Assembly: GCA_040381435.1 (NCBI GenBank)
Contig: JBEIHI010000001.1
Coordinates: 1-56,079 of the forward strand
Direction: 5' to 3'
Origin: Bacteriovoracaceae bacterium
Lineage (GTDB): Bacteria; Bdellovibrionota; UBA2394
Length of the DNA stretch: 56,079 nt
Part shown: in pieces, positions 43,603 through 53,607 of the stretch
Layout: the number at the start of each line of letters is the position of its first letter
Position numbering within the stretch: the first letter of the stretch is position 1
Position numbers and translations under genes: made by a program
The notes under the pieces: generated by a model
Databases searched by the model: none
What the model saw: only the letters and a program-made list of their open reading frames with translations
What the model was told of the DNA's origin: nothing

Positions 43603-44450
43603 GGACTTTTGAATCGAATATTAGCTCGACTCGGCGGCTCGTCGACAACCGTCAGGTAGTAGGTCAGTCCACCAGTTGAAATCAATGTTCCGCCAATGAT
43701 GGACCAAAACCACCAAGTTTCCCAAAAAGGCGTTTTCTCGCCACCAATCGTTGGTCGTCCCGCAAGAACTCCCTCTCCACTCAAAATCTCGGGATTGATC
43801 GAAAACTCTCGCCCTCCAACTCCTGAACTCATAGTGAGACTTCCCGATTGAAGAAGTATGGGCTTCTCTAGAACTTCTTGAGGATTAGGATGCACAAATC
43901 CGTCGCGGTCGAGATAGTTCATCAAACGATAGACAACATCCTCAAATGATCTCTCCTCCTGCGCACGCTGGAACACCACTCTCTCAACGGCAGATAAGGT
44001 TTCAATACGAGAGTCAAACAACTGAAGCTCAAGATCAAGACCCTCTCCAGTTTCCGTCAAACTCGATAGGACAAAAATATCAACTGAGTTGTCCTTTTGA
44101 GCTGCTTTAAAAAACTGCTTCTGACTTTCGCTCAGAACTCCCGTGATGGGACGAAAATATTGATCATTAGGATTCAGAGCGAGCTTGAAGTTTGAAATTG
44201 AGGACTCGCCGTAACTACGGCTATATCGATTGAAAAGCTTTCTAAGCTGGTTCACATACCGCTGCTTCAAATCAGGATCAACAAACTCAGAAAACGTGCC
44301 AAGCAAAGCGAGCGACTGAGGCGTTCCGCGAAAATCCTTGAGCTTGACATCTCCCTGCGCGCTCAAGGGATGCAGCAGCGCACTTGAAAGCGCAAACCCT
44401 ATGCAGACAACTAAGAATTTTTGGCCCGCCTTACCAAAGTCCATCATCAT
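43599..44450 (-). CDS. Envelope protein (283 aa) with signal peptide and C-terminal Trp-rich anchor; paralogue of the C-terminal half of the upstream gene
   Basis: GGACGGAGA SD. The VDIFVLSSLTETGEGLDLELQLF segment aligns with TDLFVLASVERFGSGDFQVDAQW of the 44459-45748 product. C-terminus is TPFWETWWFWSIIGGTLISTGGLTYY. Confidence 0.65.
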   Translation of the reverse strand: MMMDFGKAGQKFLVVCIGFALSSALLHPLSAQGDVKLKDFRGTPQSLALLGTFSEFVDPDLKQRYVNQLRKLFNRYSRSYGESSISNFKLALNPNDQYFRPITGVLSESQKQFFKAAQKDNSVDIFVLSSLTETGEGLDLELQLFDSRIETLSAVERVVFQRAQEERSFEDVVYRLMNYLDRDGFVHPNPQEVLEKPILLQSGSLTMSSGVGGREFSINPEILSGEGVLAGRPTIGGEKTPFWETWWFWSIIGGTLISTGGLTYYLTVVDEPPSRANIRFKSP

Positions 44451-44458
44451 TCTCCGTC

Positions 44459-45748
44459 CTACTGAGCAGCCCCAACACGTACACGCAAATTATCCTCAGG
44501 CTTAAGGAGGAAGTACCCTCCTGTTCCAGCTCCCGCAACGAGAGCCCCCGCCAACGCCCAGGCCCACCACTCTTTATACCACGGCTTAGCATTAGTGACG
44601 ATGGGCCCCTCCTCGACCACGGCCAGCTTCTCAGTCATCACATATCCAAGGGGAGATATATAATCAAAAAGCTCAGAGACCGCCCGCTCGACAGAACGCT
44701 CAAGATTGTCAGAGGAAGCTGTCACCACGGGTGAGGATCTTAGTGACTGATTTTCAATCCACTGTGCATCCACCTGAAAGTCACCACTTCCGAATCTCTC
44801 AACGGAAGCCAGAACAAACAAGTCGGTCTTCAATGACCGAATGAATTTCTTGAGCTCCGGTGAAGGAGTGGAATCTCCAATCGGCTTTAACAACCCTGTG
44901 ACGGTCACCGTTCGGTCCCCCAGGCTCACAAATTCAAGGTCAGCAGGAAGCTCATGAAGATCCAGAAGAATGGGAGCAAAGCCTTCTCTCTCAAGTACCA
45001 TTCCTTTCTTACCCCACAACGGATGCCCCTGAAGAACCTCTACAAAGAAGCCGTTCTCATTTTTGGTAGAAACCATCTGCCCCATGAAGCTCACTCTGGC
45101 CCCTTCTATACTTTGGGGGGACAGCCGAACCCATTCCGTCGGATAGCGCGGCTGTCGACGAACTTCATTAAATAGATCATTAAATTCAGGAGGAAACTTC
45201 TGAGTATCAATCACATAACTCGGATCGAGATCCAAAATGCCTGCCAGAAGCGATTGAGCACGCTCTTGATTTCCAAGGAAAAATTCTGTCGCGGAAAGCA
45301 ACTCAAGAATCTGAAAAGGAACATCCGGGTTCAGCCCAAGCAATGCATCATTTGATAACTTCAAAGCCTTCTCTAAAGTATCGCGAGAAAAATCAAATTC
45401 AGACGCCAGATAACTTTTGCGTGCTGCCTCAAGTTGAGTCTTAAGATCCGCCTGCTTTTTCTTTTGATCAGCAACAAACTTTACAACCTCTTCGCGAAGA
45501 GGATTTTTTTTCACAATCGCAGTTTGGATTTCGGAGTCCACAACAACTCGAAACCCGCCAACCGCTGACAAGCCTCTTAGAAAATGAGACTTTGCCTCAG
45601 CCCTCTGCTCTTGAGATAAAGATCTCGAATCAACATCAACAAAGACAATGGATCGTGGGGATGGTTGAGACTGTGCACTCACAGCGAACGGATGAGCCGC
45701 TAGGGCCAATAACAGTAAAATGAAGCTAGGAGCGCGGGTCCCCACCAT
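44459..45748 (-). CDS. Envelope protein (about 429 aa) with signal peptide, TPR-like/PEGA-like regions and C-terminal Trp-rich anchor
   Basis: Signal-like FILLLLALAAHPFAVSA. IEGARVSFMGQ is a PEGA-like segment. C-terminus is KPWYKEWWAWALAGALVAGAGTGGYF. ATG at 45748 (TTG alternative at 45775) overlaps the plsC end. Confidence 0.65.
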   Translation of the reverse strand: MVGTRAPSFILLLLALAAHPFAVSAQSQPSPRSIVFVDVDSRSLSQEQRAEAKSHFLRGLSAVGGFRVVVDSEIQTAIVKKNPLREEVVKFVADQKKKQADLKTQLEAARKSYLASEFDFSRDTLEKALKLSNDALLGLNPDVPFQILELLSATEFFLGNQERAQSLLAGILDLDPSYVIDTQKFPPEFNDLFNEVRRQPRYPTEWVRLSPQSIEGARVSFMGQMVSTKNENGFFVEVLQGHPLWGKKGMVLEREGFAPILLDLHELPADLEFVSLGDRTVTVTGLLKPIGDSTPSPELKKFIRSLKTDLFVLASVERFGSGDFQVDAQWIENQSLRSSPVVTASSDNLERSVERAVSELFDYISPLGYVMTEKLAVVEEGPIVTNAKPWYKEWWAWALAGALVAGAGTGGYFLLKPEDNLRVRVGAAQ

Positions 45749-46523
45749 GACCACTATTTTTCCGCGTTTCCTCAAAGAGATCTAGATGTTTTGCCATAAT
45801 ATGATGAACTTGATCGCTTAAAGCATGTCGATCTTCGGACCTCAACCCAACGGTTGAGATGGGCTTATCAAATACGATGTGAATAACACCCTTTTGAATC
45901 GCTAACCTGTTCTTGGGCAACACAAATCGTGAATCTAAAATCGTAATGGGAATGACTGGAACTTGCGCTTCAATCGCCATGACAAAGCCCCCTCGCTTGA
46001 AGTTTCCCAGCCGACCATCTGCTGATCTTGTTCCTTCCGGAAAAATCAAAATAGAAATTCCCCGCTGTAACAACGTGTGAATGACTTTCAAAGAGGCATT
46101 TTCGGCCCCCCGAGATCGATCTACGAAGAGAGTGCCCACTAATGCTGAGGCAGCTCCAAAGATCGGAATGGAGCGCAACTCCTGCTTGGCAATGAAGCTT
46201 GTGTAGCGTGGAAGGAACTGAACAAGTGCGGGAATGTCCATGAGGCTTTGATGATTCGATACAAATACGCCGCCTTGATGCTTTCCCAGTTCATCCAACC
46301 CTGGACCTGAGGCGACGACTTGGATGCGATGGCTCCAAAGCATCCAATAAGACCACCAAAGCTTCGAGAATGTGCCCACGGGGCCCCACCGACCCTGCTT
46401 CAACAAACGATCGCGCATCAGGAAGTCATAAAGACCAAACACAAGGGCGAAGGCCCCAAAGGCCAAGACACTTGGAACAGTCAAGAACAGGCTTCTAAGA
46501 AATCTGATCGCTTCAAGCAGCAT
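45726..46523 (-). CDS. plsC: 1-acyl-sn-glycerol-3-phosphate acyltransferase
   Basis: Acyltransferase motifs NHQSLMD (HX4D) and FPEGTRS. Confidence 0.85.
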   Translation of the reverse strand: MLLEAIRFLRSLFLTVPSVLAFGAFALVFGLYDFLMRDRLLKQGRWGPVGTFSKLWWSYWMLWSHRIQVVASGPGLDELGKHQGGVFVSNHQSLMDIPALVQFLPRYTSFIAKQELRSIPIFGAASALVGTLFVDRSRGAENASLKVIHTLLQRGISILIFPEGTRSADGRLGNFKRGGFVMAIEAQVPVIPITILDSRFVLPKNRLAIQKGVIHIVFDKPISTVGLRSEDRHALSDQVHHIMAKHLDLFEETRKNSGHGGDPRS

Positions 46524-46664
46524 TTAAATCAACTCCTACCAAGTCTCTTTCCAAACCTCATTAAATCTTGGGTTGCACGAAGAATAATGGTTTACACAAA
46601 GGGGCCGACAATGACATCCATCGTTAAGGTGTAACGCATCGGTATAAATGTGAAGGAGAAAAAT

Positions 46665-47084
46665 ATGTCTGGAATTAATAAAGTCATTTTAGTGGGAAGA
46701 TTGGGTAATGACCCTGAAATTCGATACACTCAACAAGGAGTGGCGGTTTCGAACTTTAATTTAGCAACATCTGAAAACTGGATGGATAAGAGCGGTCAAA
46801 AGCAAGAAAAGACCGAATGGCACCGGGTTGTCGTTTGGGGAAAAATGGCTGAAACCTGCTCACAATATTTGGGCAAGGGTCGTCAGGTATATGTCGAAGG
46901 CAGACTCCAGACTCGTCAGTGGGACGATAAAGACGGACAAAAGCGATACACAACCGAAATCGTGGCCTCGACTGTTCAATTCCTCGATCGAGGCGACAAG
47001 GCCACAGCAACCAGTTCAGATGATCAGCCCATTTCTGAAGCTCTCCCTTCAGACGTCGGAGCTGACGAAGAGATTCCATTTTAA
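46665..47084 (+). CDS. ssb: Single-stranded DNA-binding protein
   Basis: [31 protein letters not shown]-fold start, [10 protein letters not shown], and the acidic tail ending DEEIPF. Confidence 0.95.
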   Translation: MSGINKVILVGRLGNDPEIRYTQQGVAVSNFNLATSENWMDKSGQKQEKTEWHRVVVWGKMAETCSQYLGKGRQVYVEGRLQTRQWDDKDGQKRYTTEIVASTVQFLDRGDKATATSSDDQPISEALPSDVGADEEIPF

Positions 47085-47097
47085 AACGATCTAATTT

Positions 47098-47499
47098 TTA
47101 ACGAGATCCAAAGGGCGTGGCTTCTTTTAAGAACCACGCCTTTTTTGTTTCATCAAAGATCCAAGAATACTGTCGAGTTGTCTCGACAAGCTCAGATCCA
47201 GTCTGATCAAAGAACTCCAGATTCAAGCTGACGAGAGCACTCTCAAATTTTGGATCTGGAAAAATCTTACGAACCTCTACGTTTGAAAACTTATACGCAC
47301 CGAGAGAAGATGAATTTGAAGCGAAGACTTTCTGCTTTTCAGGAGCCACGAATCCCAACAGCACCAGCTCATCCGCATCTCGAAGGGCTCGAGCATAACC
47401 CTTGACCGTTGACTCTAACGACGCTGCTCTTTGTTTTGTAGAACAACTCATCGCAGCAAAACAACAAAGCAAGGAAAAAACACTCAGGGCCTTTTTCAT
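47098..47499 (-). CDS. Lipoprotein of unknown function (133 aa)
   Basis: Signal peptide with lipobox AAMSC (MKKALSVFSLLCCFAAMSCS). Confidence 0.65.
   Translation of the reverse strand: MKKALSVFSLLCCFAAMSCSTKQRAASLESTVKGYARALRDADELVLLGFVAPEKQKVFASNSSSLGAYKFSNVEVRKIFPDPKFESALVSLNLEFFDQTGSELVETTRQYSWIFDETKKAWFLKEATPFGSR
47114..47146 (+). terminator. Rho-independent terminator of ssb, embedded in the 3' end of the convergent gene
   Basis: GGCGTGG...CCACGCC stem, extended by TTC/GAA pairs, followed by TTTTTT. It lies 30 nt after the ssb stop. Confidence 0.6.
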
Positions 47500-47546
47500 T
47501 TCTCCCTATACTACTCTAAAGGGAATAAATCCCAAAGGGGGAAGCA

Positions 47547-48695
47547 ATGATCAATTTCGACCTAACACCAGAGCAAGAAGCACTCAAAAATCTCTGTCAT
47601 GAGTTTGCCGAAAAGGAGATTCGCCCTCGTGCTCGACACCACGATGAAACCGGAGACTACCCCCATGAGCTCAGCAAGATGGCCTTCGAAGCGGGACTGC
47701 TGAATGGCCACATCCCTCAGACTTATGGTGGCCCTGGATTGACCACGCTCGAAGAAGTCATCCTCTCTGAAGAACTCGGCTGGGGATGTACTGGGGTTTC
47801 AACGGCCATGGAGGCGAACAATCTTGCGGCCTCTCCTCTTATCGTTGGCGGCTCAGAGGAGCTCAAGAAGGAGTTTCTGGGTCAACTGACCTCAGAGTAC
47901 TGTCTTGCGGCCTACTGCGTTACCGAGCCAGGTGCGGGAAGCGATGTCGCCAATATCAAAACCACTGCGGTCAAAAAGGGAAATTCCTACGTCATCAATG
48001 GATCCAAAATGTGGATCACGAACGGCTCAGTGGCTCGATGGTATTTTGTTCTAACAGTCACTGACTCCAGCGCCAAACATAAGGGGCTTACCGGCTTTGT
48101 CGTCCCGGCGAATACGCCGGGGATCAAGGTTGGTAAAAAAGAAAAGAATCTTGGCCAGCGCTGCAGCGATACACGAGGAATCACTTTTGAAGATGTCGTT
48201 GTTCCCGAAAAATACCGAGTGGGTAACGAAGGTGATGGCTTTAAGATTGCGATGGGAGCCTTTGATCACACCCGACCTGTGGTTGCTGCAGGAGCTCTCG
48301 GACTATCGCGAGCGGCTATGGAACATGCCATTGATTACTCACTGGAGCGACAGACCTTTGGAGTTCCCATTGCCCAACACCAAGCCGTTGCTTTTATGAT
48401 CGCTGAGATGGCTCGAGATGTGGAAGCTGCACGGTTGATGACATGGAAGGCCGCCGCCATGATTGATAAGGGACAAAGAAACACTCTCTATGCCGCTTAT
48501 GCTAAAGTCTTTGCCGCGGATTCAGCCATGCGAATTGCTACGGATGCTGTTCAGATCTTTGGAGGTTACGGCTACTCTACTGAATACCCCGTTGAGAAGC
48601 TGATGCGAGATGCCAAGATCTTCCAGATTTATGAGGGCACGTCGCAGATTCAACGGCTAATCATTGCTCGGGAAGTGATCAAAAAGCGAAACTAG
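47547..48695 (+). CDS. Acyl-CoA dehydrogenase (short/medium-chain type)
   Basis: [15 protein letters not shown], a catalytic-base region ending [14 protein letters not shown], 382 aa. Confidence 0.92.
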   Translation: MINFDLTPEQEALKNLCHEFAEKEIRPRARHHDETGDYPHELSKMAFEAGLLNGHIPQTYGGPGLTTLEEVILSEELGWGCTGVSTAMEANNLAASPLIVGGSEELKKEFLGQLTSEYCLAAYCVTEPGAGSDVANIKTTAVKKGNSYVINGSKMWITNGSVARWYFVLTVTDSSAKHKGLTGFVVPANTPGIKVGKKEKNLGQRCSDTRGITFEDVVVPEKYRVGNEGDGFKIAMGAFDHTRPVVAAGALGLSRAAMEHAIDYSLERQTFGVPIAQHQAVAFMIAEMARDVEAARLMTWKAAAMIDKGQRNTLYAAYAKVFAADSAMRIATDAVQIFGGYGYSTEYPVEKLMRDAKIFQIYEGTSQIQRLIIAREVIKKRN

Positions 48696-49976
48696 GCCCG
48701 ATTGGATTCGGCTCATCACCGCCACCAATCCAACGCCATCAATATAGTTGCCAATCAAGCTGACTCCCTTGGGAAGGAATCTCAGCACTTCATCCATATG
48801 TCCTGAATGACCGAGTCGTAACTGTGGTATTCCTTTCGCATAAACGCGAAACTCACTTGAAATCGTCTTTCCAATGCCTGGAATCCACTGACGAATCTGT
48901 TGCTCATAAGTCCTCGGATCATCAGGCAGATTCTCACCAGAGAAAAACTGCGAAAGAGTCACTTGTTGACCCTGAACAGCGCCCTCAAAAATCTCAGATC
49001 GCCAAAGACTTCCCAGCACAGCACTGCCCTCAGTTCGAGGAATCAAACAACCAAAACCACGAGGAAACGAACTCAGGCGTTCCGCAACCCAATTCCAAAC
49101 CATAATAGGTTGGTAGTGTATGCTCCTCAAAAACCGAATCTGAGTCTCAGGCATGAAACCCTGAAGCAATCGAGCGGACTCAAACGCGGGAAGAGCCAAA
49201 ACAATTTGATCAAAGCTCTCCTCACCAAACCGACTTTTGACAAGCCAAGATCCACCGGCACCCTCGCGAATAGATTCCACTGCCTGCTCACGTCGAATGA
49301 TGGCTCCTAACTCATGAGCGAGCGCAGCAATGATTTCCTCAAGACCCTTAGGGAAGCTCACCATTTGGGGTCGGCGCTCCTGAGTGGTTTGTGATTTCAT
49401 TCCTTTCAGTATGGAGCCCTTTGATTTGAGCCCCGCCCATAACTTAGGAAAGCAAGCTCTGAGAGAGAGCGAGGCCGCATCTCCCGCATAGATGCCACTG
49501 ATAAAAGGCTGAAGAAGGCGATCCAAGATCTCCTGATTAAGGTATCGAAGAGCAAATTCCTCGATGCTAAGATCATCCTCCCTCGGAACATCGGCGCGAA
49601 AGAAATCCGATAGAATTCGCTGCTTAGATTTCCAAGATAAAACTGAACTCATCAAGAATGAAAGGGGCCCCGAGGGAAGTTGCTCAAGCTTTCCCTTCAA
49701 AATAATGAAACGCTTTCGGCTCTCAGCTCGAGGCATTTGAGGCTGAAGACCGAGCTCCCGAAACAACCGAAACCAGGCCTCCGTTGCCATCAGCGTATTA
49801 GGTCCCCACTCAAGGACGCTTTGAGCCCCTACCTGAGACTGAACCCATCCGCCCAATCTAGACGATGCCTCAAACACAGCGACTGAATGACCAGCGCGTC
49901 GTAGTTTGTAGGCAGCAATCAAGCCAGAGATTCCTCCGCCGATCACCGCAATATTTAGGGGTGGGGCCACTGACAA
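48657..49976 (-). CDS. hemY: FAD-dependent protoporphyrinogen/coproporphyrinogen III oxidase (HemY family)
   Basis: N-terminal [17 protein letters not shown] ... [10 protein letters not shown] dinucleotide motif, 439 aa, hemE nearby. Confidence 0.8.
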   Translation of the reverse strand: MSVAPPLNIAVIGGGISGLIAAYKLRRAGHSVAVFEASSRLGGWVQSQVGAQSVLEWGPNTLMATEAWFRLFRELGLQPQMPRAESRKRFIILKGKLEQLPSGPLSFLMSSVLSWKSKQRILSDFFRADVPREDDLSIEEFALRYLNQEILDRLLQPFISGIYAGDAASLSLRACFPKLWAGLKSKGSILKGMKSQTTQERRPQMVSFPKGLEEIIAALAHELGAIIRREQAVESIREGAGGSWLVKSRFGEESFDQIVLALPAFESARLLQGFMPETQIRFLRSIHYQPIMVWNWVAERLSSFPRGFGCLIPRTEGSAVLGSLWRSEIFEGAVQGQQVTLSQFFSGENLPDDPRTYEQQIRQWIPGIGKTISSEFRVYAKGIPQLRLGHSGHMDEVLRFLPKGVSLIGNYIDGVGLVAVMSRIQSGLVSLFDHFPSND

Positions 49977-50014
49977 AATTTGTCTGATCGCTACCGCTTC
50001 TGTAAACTGATTTC

Positions 50015-50926
50015 ATGAGGCTACGAATACTCATTCCTCTTCTCATCGCGATTCTTAGCGTCTACGGCGTCTTGAAGAGCTCATTAGACTCTCGAATGAA
50101 CCAGCGCCGCCTCACTCAAGACGTTCGCTATCTGCCCTCCCCTCAAACAGCCTCATTGATGTCAGCAGGATACAAGATGGCCCTTGGGGATATCACCTGG
50201 ATTGAGGCACTCAACTACTTTGGTGGCCAGATGCTTGATAAGAACAGATCCTACAAATATCTCGATAGCTATCTGGCAATCATTCTCAAACTAGACCCAC
50301 TTTTTCGAATGTTTTACGAATGGGCAGCAACGGCCTTCATTTACAATGGTCTACAAATCACAAAGTCCTCACTGATTGAATCCAGTCGGTACATCAATAA
50401 GGGAATACGAACGTTGGCCGACCAGGGGATCTTTGATGAAAACATCATCGCCAAAGGTGCTTTTAACTTTGCCTTTGAGGCACACGATTTTGAAAATTCG
50501 ATCCCCTATTTCGAACTCGCAGCTCGATCCTCACGCTCTCGAAGGGATTTTCTTTTGATTGGCTCTACCTATGCGAGACATGCCGGCGATGAGGACAAGT
50601 CCAGGAGAATGAAACTTGAGTTTCTCGCCTTCACAACCTTTGAGGCCCAAAATCAAGAAGAGCTCAGATACGCTTTACAGGTCCTCACATCACGGCAGTT
50701 TGACGCCCAAGCCGCGACCTATGTTAAAGCCTTTCGGCTGCAAATCGAAAAGGATGAGAAGATTAAAGAACTCATCGAACAGAGATTCGCCAGCTCTCCT
50801 CTTCTTCGCTCCGAAGCTTTTGATGATAGCAACTTACAAACCGATTCTCGTCTGGAGAATCTGATGAGGGTCAACACCTCGAGAAACTGGATTCCTGCCG
50901 ATCTTCACCTGCTTCTCAATCTGTAG
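50015..50926 (+). CDS. Membrane-anchored helical-repeat protein of unknown function (303 aa)
   Basis: N-terminal TM segment MRLRILIPLLIAILSVYGVL followed by helical-repeat-like sequence. No family recognised. Confidence 0.55.
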   Translation: MRLRILIPLLIAILSVYGVLKSSLDSRMNQRRLTQDVRYLPSPQTASLMSAGYKMALGDITWIEALNYFGGQMLDKNRSYKYLDSYLAIILKLDPLFRMFYEWAATAFIYNGLQITKSSLIESSRYINKGIRTLADQGIFDENIIAKGAFNFAFEAHDFENSIPYFELAARSSRSRRDFLLIGSTYARHAGDEDKSRRMKLEFLAFTTFEAQNQEELRYALQVLTSRQFDAQAATYVKAFRLQIEKDEKIKELIEQRFASSPLLRSEAFDDSNLQTDSRLENLMRVNTSRNWIPADLHLLLNL

Positions 50927-50945
50927 AATCTACAAATCTAGCACT

Positions 50946-51974
50946 TTAAGCTTTCAGCTGAAACTCAGCGACGGTATCGACAAAAACCTTAACCGCATCC
51001 TCAGGCGCTGACGGCATGATACCATGACCCAGATTCACAATATGACCTGGACCCGTGCCGTAAGAAGACAACATTTTTAAGACGGACTGGCGCAACTGAC
51101 CGGGACTCAAATGAAGATGATAGGGATCAAGATTTCCTTGCAACGCCGTTACCTGAGGAACTCGCCGGCGCACTTCTGACAAATCCACCCGCCAATCAAC
51201 ACTCAGAGCCTGCGCTCCGACTGAGGCGGCCTGATCCAAGATTCCCGCTATTCCGTTCACATAATAGATTCCCGGTACGGTGACCTCACTAAACACCTGT
51301 CTCGCATAAGGCAGCGCGAATTCCTCGTAGTCTTTGGGACACAGAGCTGAGGCCCAGGTATCAAAGAGCTGTACAGCATCCGCTCCCGCCTCCGCCTGCG
51401 CATCTAAATAGCTTCCCGTACATTCTGCCAAGACCCCAAGCCAGCGATGAACAATCTGAGGCTGCTCGGCCATCCACCGCTTCATCACACTGAGATCTTT
51501 TGTAAGCTCTCCCTCGAGCAGATAGGTAAGCATCGTAAATGGAGCACCGGCAAAACCCAAAACAGCCTTCTGCTTGGGCAGCGCTGCTCGCAAATTTTCA
51601 ATTGTTTTAAGAATCGCTGGAGTCGCTTCGTGCGGATTGAAGGTCTTGTTCAGCGCTTCCAACTGATCCACTGAGCGTGGAGGTTCGATCTTAGGACCCT
51701 TCTCTGTGAAAGCGAGTTTTGCTCCGAGTGCTCTCAAAGGAAACAAAATGTCAGAAAAAACAATAGCAGCATCAAAGTTATACTGCTCAATGGGCTTCAG
51801 ACTCACCTGAGTCGCCAAGTCGACTTCGTGGCAAAGCTGCTCGAAGGAATACTTTTCTCGAAGCTTTCGAAATGAAGCCTGATACCTTCCCGCTTGTCGC
51901 ATCACCCAGACTGGTCGCCGTGGCGTTGGATTCAGGGAAAGGGTTTCGAGAACAAGATTCTTCTCCGTAGTCAT
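50946..51974 (-). CDS. hemE: Uroporphyrinogen decarboxylase
   Basis: PVWVMRQAGRY signature, 342 aa. The start overlaps the rsmI stop (ATGA). Confidence 0.93.
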   Translation of the reverse strand: MTTEKNLVLETLSLNPTPRRPVWVMRQAGRYQASFRKLREKYSFEQLCHEVDLATQVSLKPIEQYNFDAAIVFSDILFPLRALGAKLAFTEKGPKIEPPRSVDQLEALNKTFNPHEATPAILKTIENLRAALPKQKAVLGFAGAPFTMLTYLLEGELTKDLSVMKRWMAEQPQIVHRWLGVLAECTGSYLDAQAEAGADAVQLFDTWASALCPKDYEEFALPYARQVFSEVTVPGIYYVNGIAGILDQAASVGAQALSVDWRVDLSEVRRRVPQVTALQGNLDPYHLHLSPGQLRQSVLKMLSSYGTGPGHIVNLGHGIMPSAPEDAVKVFVDTVAEFQLKA

Positions 51975-52654
51975 AATTTCTTACCTACCACAGCACCTTC
52001 GGGCATCAAACATCCGATCCACTCCCCTTTATAACTGCTGATCTTCTGCTTGAGTTCGGCTGGCGTCCCAAAATAAAACGCCTCTGAAATCTTCGAGAGC
52101 TCTTTGGCGAGTATCAACTGCCTTCCAGCAAGCTCTTCCACGAAAAGATCCAAAGTTGACTCCATTCGATGAGGCGACTCAAAGAAAATCGTTGGAATAA
52201 AATGCTGACTTCTCAACCACTCCTGCCTGTCCTTCACACGAGGCGGAAGAAATCCAATAAAGGAAAAGCTCTCAAACTCAATGCCAGTACCGGCAATAAA
52301 AGAAGTCAGCGAGCTGACTCCACCAACAACTTCCACCTTAAATCCTCGAGCTCGAACCTCTCGCACCACAATCGCCCCAGGATCAGAAACCCCCGGCATT
52401 CCCGCATCAGAAACCAAAGCGACCGACTGCCCCATCTGCAGAGCCTCAATGATGTCGGCGGCCGCCTTATTCTCTTTGAAGTAGGGAGCTGACTTCAGTG
52501 GCTTCTTGATCTCATAGGCATTCAAAAGCTTTACCGTCCTTCGAGTGTCCTCGCAAAAAATCACATCCACAGACTTAAGAACCTCGAGAGCTCTAAGCGT
52601 AATCTCCCCCAAATTACCAATCGGAGTGCCCACGACATAAAAAATCGCACTCAT
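51971..52654 (-). CDS. rsmI: 16S rRNA (cytidine1402-2'-O)-methyltransferase
   Basis: The YVVGTPIGNLGEITLRALEVLKSVDVIFCEDTR tetrapyrrole-methylase-fold start is typical of RsmI. ATG at 52654 overlaps the upstream stop (ATGA). Confidence 0.9.
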   Translation of the reverse strand: MSAIFYVVGTPIGNLGEITLRALEVLKSVDVIFCEDTRRTVKLLNAYEIKKPLKSAPYFKENKAAADIIEALQMGQSVALVSDAGMPGVSDPGAIVVREVRARGFKVEVVGGVSSLTSFIAGTGIEFESFSFIGFLPPRVKDRQEWLRSQHFIPTIFFESPHRMESTLDLFVEELAGRQLILAKELSKISEAFYFGTPAELKQKISSYKGEWIGCLMPEGAVVGKKL

Positions 52655-53607
52655 TGTAGCACGTCCCAGTAGGGCTCTACTTTGCCTGAGCATACGGCCA
52701 TCAAATCGACATGTACTGGGGCAGATTGAGTAGAAGGGTTCAGCATTTGATAGAACTCACTCAGCTTTCGAAGCTTAGCTTGTTTGGCAGTGGGAAACAG
52801 TTGAGCTACCTCGGCAAACTCTGATCTAGAGCGGACTTCAATGAGATGAATCTCACCGGCCCTCTCCGCAATGATATCAATTTCTCCTGCCTTACACTTC
52901 CAATTGCGATCGACGACCTGAAACTGATTTCGAAGAAGGTAGGACACAACGAGCTCTTCACCGTCCTGGCCCTTGTCCTTCGTCGTCAGCTTCTTAAGAA
53001 AGCTGCGCCGATGAAGCTCGCAGGGACCGAACTTTTGAATCGCATCACAGTGCAACTCAGTGCCGTATCCCTTGTGCTTTTCAAAACCATACTGTGGAAA
53101 ATCTTTGGCAGCTTCTAGCATCCACTGATCACGAGTCACCTTGGCCAAAATCGAAGCTGCGGCAATTGACTTCGAGAATTGATCGCCCTTGATGATCGCT
53201 TCCTGTTTGACATCCAATCCGGGGATCAAGTGATTCCCGTCCATAAGCACAAAGTTAAGGGGACCTGCACACTTAAGCTGAATCAAACGAACAGCCTCTC
53301 GAGCTGCCTTGAATGTAGCCTGCAGAATATTGATCCGATCGATCTCTAGCGGGTCAACCTTCGCAATCGCCGTCGCCAGAGCATTACGCTCAATAAAAAT
53401 CTTGAGCTCGCCTCGCTGCTTCGCGGATAGCTTCTTCGAGTCTTGATTGGCTTTGATTTCATCACAACTGCTGTGACGAAGCTCCCTTGGAAAAATAACC
53501 GCTGCACAAACGACCGGGCCAGCTAAACAGCCACGACCCACCTCATCGACACCAGCGATTAAGTCTTGATTGATGCGATTTTCAATTCCGAATGAACAGA
53601 GGTTCAT
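52651..53607 (-). CDS. rnhB: Ribonuclease HII fused to a C-terminal YraN (UPF0102) endonuclease-like domain
   Basis: Residues 1-205 carry AGVDEVGRGCLAGPV, DSKKLS and GYG RNase HII motifs. Residues about 206-318 carry GQDGEELVVSYL ... WKCKAGEIDIIAE ... IHLIEVRSRS ... HVDLMAV, the YraN pattern. Confidence 0.88.
   Translation of the reverse strand: MNLCSFGIENRINQDLIAGVDEVGRGCLAGPVVCAAVIFPRELRHSSCDEIKANQDSKKLSAKQRGELKIFIERNALATAIAKVDPLEIDRINILQATFKAAREAVRLIQLKCAGPLNFVLMDGNHLIPGLDVKQEAIIKGDQFSKSIAAASILAKVTRDQWMLEAAKDFPQYGFEKHKGYGTELHCDAIQKFGPCELHRRSFLKKLTTKDKGQDGEELVVSYLLRNQFQVVDRNWKCKAGEIDIIAERAGEIHLIEVRSRSEFAEVAQLFPTAKQAKLRKLSEFYQMLNPSTQSAPVHVDLMAVCSGKVEPYWDVLQ

Noticed and set aside
46524-46664. 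Searched the plsC-ssb divergent spacer for a copy of the CATAC-N4-GTATG candidate LexA box, because ssb is SOS-regulated in some bacteria.
   Set aside because: Only a non-palindromic CATCGGTATAAATG is present. There is no evidence that ssb belongs to the regulon.
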